The notes under the pieces are model-generated. The model was not told the origin of the DNA. It was given only the letters and a program-made list of their open reading frames with translations, and did not search any database. A program made the translations under genes and the position numbers. A DNA stretch of 5,989 bases from Paraspadella gotoi (taxonomy: Eukaryota > Animalia > Chaetognatha): positions 1 through 5,989 of the forward strand of contig JBJCIZ010001392.1 in the NCBI GenBank assembly GCA_051294375.1, read 5' to 3'. Position 1 is the first letter of the stretch; the number at the start of each line of letters is the position of its first letter. Shown here piece by piece: positions 1 through 5,989 of the stretch.

Positions 1-242
1 CCGACGGGCGATCGTCGCGGGTCTAGGCTGCGAATGACTCTCGAAAATACTGCTCAGGCTCTTTTTCTCTCTCTCTCCTAAAGTTTCTCTTAGTTTTTGC
101 TTTTCACTCTTTTACAATAATTTCCTTCATTAATCAAAATAACAAAGTTATTATAAGATTTATCAAATGAATGGATAATTTTTATATTGGTTGTACTAAT
201 TTTATATTTATAATTTATAATTTATAATTTCGTTGTTCTGTG

Positions 243-443
243 TATTGAGGCAAAATGGTTTTTGTTTTACAACGAATTTTTTTATTTTTCATAGAAAAAA
301 CGGACATGTTTCGGCTTTAGTTGCAAGCCTTCTTCAAATTGTTTGACGCTGAAGAAGGCTTGCAACTAAAGCCGAAACATGTCCGTTTTTTCTATGAAAA
401 ATAAAAAAATTTGTTGTAAAACAAAAACCATTTTGCCTCAATA
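243..443. repeat. Long near-perfect inverted repeat: 94-bp arms (243-336, 350-443) with a 13-nt spacer
   Basis: 243-336 (TATTGAGGCAAAATGG...GCAAGCCTTCTTCA) is the reverse complement of 350-443 (TGAAGAAGGCTTGC...CCATTTTGCCTCAATA). The only mismatch is G274 opposite T412 (a G:U pair in plus-strand RNA). Spacer is AATTGTTTGACGC. Confidence 0.97.
345..387 (+). ncRNA. Minimal type I hammerhead ribozyme motif (Penelope-like element type)
   Basis: Stem I GACG(345-348)/CGTT(384-387); core CTGAAGA (349-355) plus an extra A356; stem II GGCTT(357-361)/AAGCC(369-373) with loop GCAACTA; GAAA (374-377); very short stem III inside the palindrome ACATGT (377-382); cleavage triplet GTC (381-383). The order matches the hammerhead consensus CUGANGA/GAAA/NUH. 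Confidence 0.8.
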
Positions 444-1297
444 TTTATAATTGTAATATATTAATATATTTACCATACATACAGTGTATCCCAATGGTAC
501 TGTCGGTTAACTTTTACATATTGTGTGGAACTGTGTTATTAAATGTTATTTCTGAGATAACAATGTCAAAGATAAGTTCTTACCATTTATGATACTCTAT
601 TTTGAAATCACTTTATATAAATTTTTCTTTGCTTTTTTTACTTTAAAATAAATTTTATTACAAAAATTATGTAAAAAATATTTTAAATAGATATAAATTA
701 TTTAAATTTTAATTTGGATAAAATAAGTGCATTAATAAAAAAAAAATAAACAAATATAAAAAAATTTAAAAAAATATAAAAACATGCTAATTAATTTGAT
801 AATTAAATTTTATTATTTGAAGTTGTGAGCGATTGAATCATTAAGCCAGAACAAAATGGTTTCTATTTATTCAATAAATTATCATTAAATCAATTAAAAA
901 AGTAATATGAACAAGGTAAGTTTATAATTTTAAAAATAAGGATTACTGCATTATAAAAGCTCTGGAGATAAAATATGAGGTAGTTTCTTACTGTCCTGTC
1001 TAAAGAAAATATTTAAAACATTATTTAACCAATATTATAAAAAATATTTGATAAATAATAAAAAATATATTATTTAAAATAAAAAAAAATCACTAAATTT
1101 TTTTTTCACAAATTTTTTATGTAATAACTACAGGAGTTTTCTTTATTCAATTTTTAAAATTTAGCTATCCTATAAAATGGTCCATACCTATGTGCATATT
1201 CATTAAAATGAATTAAAGTTTTTCGATCTGGTATAGAGGCAGTAAGCTTTTCTTAACAGACATTATGGTCATTATTGAACAAACTTTTGTTTTACTT

Positions 1298-1400
1298 TTA
1301 GTCCTTTTTCGAATGCGACCTCTCTAAACACTTGCAGCATTCCCAGACAAAAGACAGTGAAACTTGCACCAGAGTCAGACTGGCGAAGAGAAGTAACCTG
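1298..1400. other. Candidate short exon (GC-rich island, strand unresolved)
   Basis: 1301-1400 is 47% GC by hand count within very AT-rich flanks. Plus strand: polypyrimidine acceptor CTTTTGTTTTACTTTTAG ending 1301, open frame PFSNATSLNTCSIPRQKTVKLAPESDWRRE, weak donor GTAACC at 1393. Minus strand: CAG acceptor 1400-1398, frame LLLFASLTLVQVSLSFVWECCKCLERSHSKKD* with stop at 1300-1298. Confidence 0.25.
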
Positions 1401-2179
1401 ATTAAGGCTAAGCATAATTATTATTTAATGATTATAGGAAAAAAATACCTTGATATTTTTATCTTCATTAAATTACATTTTTAAACTTTTTAATATGGGA
1501 CATAAATATTTCATGGAAGGCCGATGCTCATGAAAAAAATAATTTTTATTTTACTTTTTTTTTATTCAAAAACAACTATGCTATTGAAGAAAAAAAATTG
1601 CAAGCGTTCAAGTTAGTTTTTCCCCCTTTTTGCAAATTGGCACATTGAGAAAAGTTATTTTCTCACGAGAAATAAGAGAGAAGATACATCTAATAATCCT
1701 TTTCAGATTTTTTTAACTTGCATCATTTTTTCAACAATAATTATTAATTCATTAATTAATAAAACATTATTAGTAATCATAATATTAAAAGATTCAAGTA
1801 AATGTGACTTATGTTTTTTCCACTAAACTCCCATTTCCCCTGGCACAATTCCGTCAATATTTATATATTATATATATTAAAAATATTAAAAAGCTTCAGT
1901 CAAAAACCCAAGAAACTAATTCAAAAAGTTATATTGAAGAATCGATTTAGTATAAAAGAAAAAAAATTAAAAGAGAACTCAGAAGTTTATAAAAAGTGTT
2001 CAATTTGGCACGCCTTACAGATATAGCCTACTAGATATATTGGCATGTGATATTTAACAAAGGGGGGGGGGGGTTTTATCGGAATAAAATTTTGTAATCA
2101 ATTTTATGTATTTGTAAGTATTTTAAGTATTTTATTCAGTGAGTAAAATAACAACTTTTATTCGCTAATTTATCTCGGA

Positions 2180-2314
2180 CCTCTCTCTTTCTATCTTTCC
2201 TCTCTCTCTCTCTCTCTCATCCTCTCTCTCTCTCTCTCATCCCTTCGTCATCTCTGCTCTCTCTCTCTCTTTGAAATTGCGACGATCCCTTAATCTCATT
2301 TACTGCCTCTCTTT

Positions 2315-2353
<39 letters not shown>

Positions 2354-2354
2354 T
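2180..2354. repeat. Interrupted (CT)n polypyrimidine microsatellite
   Basis: Several (CT)n runs with short interruptions, directly visible. Confidence 0.93.
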
Positions 2355-2944
2355 TGGCAATTGCGACGATCCCTAGCTTTTCAGATTTTTTAACTTGTAG
2401 TGATTTTTCTCGCTTCAAGTAAAATGTGACTTATTTTTTTTCATTTAATATCTCATTTCACTGGCACAAATTCCGCATCACAAAACTTTCATATCTAGCT
2501 TCTGTTTCAACACACTATTCCTACCCGCACAAAAATTTCATCTTCAAGTCTACTTATGGGTTAAAATAAGTAAGATCAAAGTAAATGGTGACTGACTCAT
2601 ATTTTTTTCAATTTAAACTCATTTCCACTCGTACGTTTCCAACCGAACTTTTATCAAGCATCGATACACAATTTTTCTAACCCACACAAAAAATTTGAAC
2701 TCCATCTATCCATCCAATTATGATTAAAAGAGTACTTTATTGGTAAAATAGTAAAAGATTTTAAGTAAATGCGACTTATGTTTTTTTCCAACTTAAACTC
2801 ACTTTCACTCACTCACGATGTCGGAAACTTTATATCCAGCTTTATCACACACATTCCTACCCCACACACAAATTCATTTCAATCCAACAGCCTCACTGAT
2901 GTATTGGAAGGCTTTTTGCTTAAAGGTTGTGAACGGATGGACGG

Positions 2945-3003
2945 GATTGATTGACTGATTAATGTAATTATCTGATTACGATTAATTGACTAATTGATTA
3001 ATT
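2945..3003. repeat. Degenerate (GATT/GACT)n tetranucleotide tract
   Basis: GATTGATTGACTGATTAATG...GATTAATTGACTAATTGATTAATT. Confidence 0.65.
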
Positions 3004-3237
3004 AACTGCATTATTATTTGACTAATTAAATACATCCTGCAAATACATTTAATATAAAGAGGAAAAAGAAGCATAATCAATTCACGTGAAACAGGTTTTT
3101 GTTTTTTCCATTAAACTCATTTCCACTCAAAAGATTCCATCGAAACTTTGTTTCCTGTTCAATCACAGCATTTTTACTGCACATACAAAAATTCAGGTCA
3201 ATCGAAATAATTAAGTGGTAATAAGTCTATCTTGATT

Positions 3238-3541
3238 CAACTGCATAATTTAATCAACTTGCATAATTTTGTCAAACTGACATAAGATTTGGTTAACTGA
3301 CATAATTTGGTCCTACTGAACATAATTTGGTCAAACGACATAATTTGGTCAATCTGACATAATTTGATGGCAATTAAGATAATTTGGTCAGCCGGCATAG
3401 ATCACTTGTTAACTGGCATTAATTCTCAACTAGCCTAATTTGGGTCAACAGGCATACATTCTGGGTCAACTTGCAAAAACTGATAACCTTCAGAATCTTG
3501 GTCACTGGCATAATTTGGTCATTATCATAATTTGGTCAACT
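3238..3541. repeat. Minisatellite, ~17-20 bp unit, consensus CATAATTTGGTCAACTGR, roughly 15 degenerate copies
   Basis: Exact CATAATTTGGTC at 3301, 3321, 3339, 3509 and 3526, with variant copies before and between. Confidence 0.9.
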
Positions 3542-3598
3542 CAATCAATCATCAATCAATCAATCAAATCAATCATCAATCAAATCAGAGAGAGAGAG
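3541..3598. repeat. (TCAA)n microsatellite followed by (AG)n
   Basis: TCAATCAATCATCAATCAATCAATCAAATC... then AGAGAGAGAGAG. Confidence 0.88.
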
Positions 3599-3611
3599 CA
3601 GGAGAAACTTT

Positions 3612-4378
3612 AAAAAATTCAAAATAAATGTCTGTTTGTTTCCAAAATGAACTCTTTTCACTCCTACATTCCATCAAAAAAATGTTTATCCAGCTTTATC
3701 ACATACTTTCCTACCGCACAGCACAAAATTCAATTTGATTGATGCTATCCAATTTTAATAACAAGAAGAATAATTATTAGTAAAATTTAAGTAAAAAAAT
3801 TCAAGTAAATAGACTTTTGTTTTTTCATTATAACTCATTTCCAATCACTTGCACGATCCATCGAAACTTATATCCGGCTCAAATCAACCACACTTATCCT
3901 ACCATCATACACAATTCAAGTCAATTGCAGCTATCCAATCGATCGAAGCAATGGCGGTTAAATAGTGAAAATATATTTTTCTTGTTTTTTCAATCTTAAA
4001 CCAAATTTCCAACTCGCAAACAGATTCCGCAGTCGAAACTTCATATCCATCTCAATCACACAGTTCCTACCCAACACACAAAAATTTCATACCAATCCAT
4101 CCATCCAATCACGTACAAGTTGGAGAGTTTTTTGCTAAGGTGGACGGGACGGACGACGGACGGACGGACGGAGGCACGGACGGGACGGACGGACAGACAG
4201 AGCGATCGACCGGACGGAACAATCAATTTCTTTTGCATGAATTTTTATCATAATTCGATTGTTCTTGACATGAATAAAGTGGTGTGCCGCGAGCAATATT
4301 GGAGGGGGGACCGACGGACCGAAAAAGTGAGTTATAGAGTCCGGGATCTGCTGATGAAGCAGATCCGACTAAAAAAAA
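3612..4378 (-). mobile_element. Non-autonomous Helentron-type element (DINE-1/HINE-like): 5' terminus plus internal tandem repeats; left boundary undefined
   Basis: On minus: T-run (4378-4371), terminal hairpin (GGATCTGCT 4344-4352 / AGCAGATCC 4358-4366, outer AGTC/GACT), GTCC-type microsatellite (4142-4218 and 4307-4322), a GATTGGTATGAAATTTTTG block, then three tandem ~170-190 bp units. This order matches DINE-1/HINE architecture. The far subterminal repeat was not found. Confidence 0.62.
4142..4218. repeat. (GGAC)n/(AGAC)n microsatellite
   Basis: GGACGGGACGGACGACGGACGGACGGACGG...GGACAGACAG. Confidence 0.9.
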
Positions 4379-4463
4379 GAGCGCGGAATAAACTGGCCCG
4401 ATAATAAACAGTTTTGAGAAGGAAAAAATAATCAGAATTTTCAAAAACGCGAACGATCGTACC

Positions 4464-4551
4464 AGAGTGAGAGAGACAAAAGACAGAAAGAAGAGAAAGA
4501 GAGACAGAAAGAAGAAAAAAGAGAGACAAAGAGACAGAAGAAAGAAGAAAG
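4464..4551. repeat. Purine-rich GA/GAAA/GACA low-complexity tract
   Basis: GAGAGAGACAAAAGACAGAAAGAAGAGAAAGAGAGACAGAAAG..., almost only A and G on the plus strand. Confidence 0.85.
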
Positions 4552-5177
4552 CTGGAAGCCAGCTGAATCAGTCACTGCAGATACTGAACTCGTTTTTAAG
4601 GTTCAGGACAAAAGCAGCAACTGGACAAATATGGAAAGAAAATCTATATAAATTGAAAGAAATAAAAAGAAAGCAAAAAATATGCTTACAATATGTTTGA
4701 CAATTGGAAAAATTTTTCCAAATTTTTCCAATCGCAGTCATTGTAAAAAGAATTATAATTTATATTTGATTAAATTAAGATATTAGCTTCTCATTAAAAA
4801 CAAATCCTTTGATTCCACGCATTTTCATTAAAAATTTAAAAACAAATTTTGAATTCATCTTTCAATATTAATTACGCTAATATGTAAATTAGATCTAAAG
4901 CCATTCTATATACAATTTGAAATATTATAAGGAGTCTTTAATCTCAGTTTGCATATTGCAGTAAATCGATAATGAAGCTGGAAATTCAAACAAAAAATTA
5001 CTTAATCCAAATTAATATGAAAATACACAGCTATTTCAAGATGAAAAGCCATATCTAGAATTTTAACTTAGCTATGACGCACAATTTGTAAAACTTTACA
5101 TAAATTCATGATATTTATTTAAAAAAAAGTCACACCAAACCTATAAAAAGCGTAGTAGTTTATATATGAAAAACAGC

Positions 5178-5292
5178 GTGAACGGACGACGACGACGAAA
5201 ACGACGACGACGAACTTCGTCACAAGAAGCAACCCTAAAAACATTATAGAGCCTGAACCCCGGCTTCGCCGGTCAAGGGCTCGATGAAAAAA
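5178..5292 (-). mobile_element. Second HINE/DINE-1-like 5' terminus (different family)
   Basis: Plus strand reads GTGAACGGAC-(GAC)n (5178-5213), TTATAGAG (5244-5251), bulged hairpin GAGCCTGA..CCGGC-TTC-GCCGG-TCAAGGGCTC (5249-5282), then an A-run. Same layout as 4142-4378. Confidence 0.5.
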
Positions 5293-5684
5293 CGTGATCC
5301 TGAATAATGAAGAAAATGAAGTGACGAAGATAAAAAAGGAAGAATCATTCGTCCGTGACTCCTCCGAATTGTTGATCTCGCATTCACAGTCACTTTTCGA
5401 TTTTCCGTATTCTACTTGTTTTAGTATATTTTTAACAATCATATTTTTCTAAACCTATTTTTTATTTCAATCATTCAGTGAATTAAGTAAATACTGGAAA
5501 TTTAGTAGTCCATAACTTGAAAACGTACAACTGAATTTAAGTATAAAAAATGATTTAAACCTGATAAATAATATCAAGTTTATTATTTTTTAAAAATGTT
5601 AAAGTGCACAAAATACAAAATAAAAGTAGATGTGGTTCCATACCTAACCGAGGACGTCAACTGAAGAATTCTTACATATAGAAC

Positions 5685-5696
5685 GAGAGAAAACGG

Positions 5697-5731
<35 letters not shown>

Positions 5732-5759
5732 AGAGAAGAGAGAGAGAGAAGAGAGGAGG
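5685..5759. repeat. (GA)n microsatellite
   Basis: Long interrupted GAGAGA run, directly visible. Confidence 0.93.
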
Positions 5760-5989
5760 CATATGGTTGACTTTCCCCTCCCACTCAACTCACTCGACGC
5801 TGAATTGGTCCACGCGCCACTCGGGGCCGCGGACTTTCCTCGGCGGCGGAAGTAAGTTCGCTCCTGGATCTCGGCTCGTCTTTGCCGCGAAGGAAGAGAT
5901 TTTTTCCTTCTCTCCTGTTTCCTCCCTCTTTCGATCCTCATCTGCGGCGGGTCTTACTCGTCGAATTTGGGGAGAAGAATGATTTCTCG
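5760..5989. promoter_or_regulatory. GC/CpG-rich unique segment, possible cis-regulatory module or non-coding exon
   Basis: Abrupt rise in GC and CpG next to a GAGA tract. GACTTTCC occurs twice (5769, 5832); ETS-like CGGAAGT (5847-5853) overlaps the donor-like GTAAGT (5852-5857). Motif evidence only. Confidence 0.25.

Larger units (their letters stand above)
231..443. mobile_element. Penelope-like element (PLE) remnant: pair of inverted pseudo-LTRs without RT/GIY-YIG coding region
   Basis: Minimal hammerhead followed by AATAAA (400-405), duplicated in inverted orientation. The minus-strand copy runs 12 nt further (231-242, CACAGAACAACG on minus) and abuts a (TTTATAA)n tract. Hammerhead-bearing, often inverted pLTRs are established PLE features. 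Family assignment is inferred. Confidence 0.7.
1787..4135. repeat. Degenerate ~160-190 bp repeat family, about 8 copies, partly tandem
   Basis: Recurring block AAGTAAATGTGACTTATGTTTTTTCCA..TAAACTCATTTCCACTC..ATTCCATCGAAACTTTATATCCAGCT..ATCACACA..TTCCTACCC.CACA.AAAATTTCA. Copies start near 1787 (truncated), 2414, 2572, 2755, 3090, 3612, 3795 and 3955. TTCCTAC-like anchors at 2518, 2675, 2854, 3171, 3708, 3896 and 4064. Confidence 0.88.

Noticed and set aside
243-443. Foldback as a pre-miRNA, intrinsic terminator or classic TIR MITE
   Set aside because: The stem is too long and perfect for a typical pre-miRNA or terminator, no TSD directly abuts both arms, and the hammerhead plus AATAAA content fits a PLE pLTR better.
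480-495. TA-CAGTGTATCCCA resembling a Tc1/mariner-type TIR start
   Set aside because: No inverted partner or transposase remnant found in the window.
907-1003. Strong donor AAG|GTAAGT at 915/916 and a short frame DYCIIKALEIKYE after 940
   Set aside because: Joining them needs a 25-nt intron with an AAG acceptor and no pyrimidine tract, and upstream frames are closed. It cannot be supported without transcripts.
582-1181. Loose inverted similarity between about 582-680 and 1097-1181 (possible old MITE)
   Set aside because: Matches are short, extremely AT-rich and inconsistently spaced, compatible with chance.
1508-1536. TTTCATG...CATGAAA stem as the far-end hairpin of the Helentron-like element
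   Set aside because: AT-rich 7-bp stem with no adjacent copy of the subterminal repeat (AGTCGGATCTGC).
3238-3541. CRISPR-like appearance of the recurring CATAATTTGGTC
   Set aside because: The period is only 17-20 bp with no unique spacers, there are no cas genes, and the context is eukaryotic-looking.
4351-4378. CTGATGA as a second hammerhead core
   Set aside because: No stem II followed by GAAA and no NUH site; it is the loop region of the terminal hairpin.
5661-5700. CTGAAGA-A-TTCT...AGAA as a hammerhead
   Set aside because: The possible stem II is followed by CGAGA rather than GAAA, and there is no stem III, cleavage triplet or stem I.
1811-5982. All eleven supplied ORFs (60-107 aa)
   Set aside because: They overlap repeat units, microsatellites or low-complexity tracts, show matching biased composition (RTDG, SLSL, KKKR, VVVV) and have no recognisable domain.

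Overview
AT-rich, eukaryotic-looking non-coding DNA, probably invertebrate (inferred from composition, GA/CT microsatellites and repeat types). None of the supplied ORFs looks like a real gene. The clearest signal is a 94-bp-arm foldback at 243-443 whose right arm plus spacer forms a minimal type I hammerhead ribozyme (CTGAAGA...GAAACATGTC) followed by AATAAA, the layout of an inverted Penelope-like element pseudo-LTR with no RT/endonuclease ORF nearby. About 1790-4378 is a decayed composite of roughly eight 160-190 bp repeat units, an 18-20 bp minisatellite and microsatellites. It ends in a (GGAC)n tract, hairpin and A-run, like the 5' end of a DINE-1/HINE-type non-autonomous Helentron on the minus strand. 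A second, different terminus of the same design lies at about 5178-5292. There is also a ~100 bp GC-rich possible exon (1298-1400) and a CpG-rich, (GA)n-flanked possible regulatory block at the right end. All family calls come from motif recognition by eye, not database searches.
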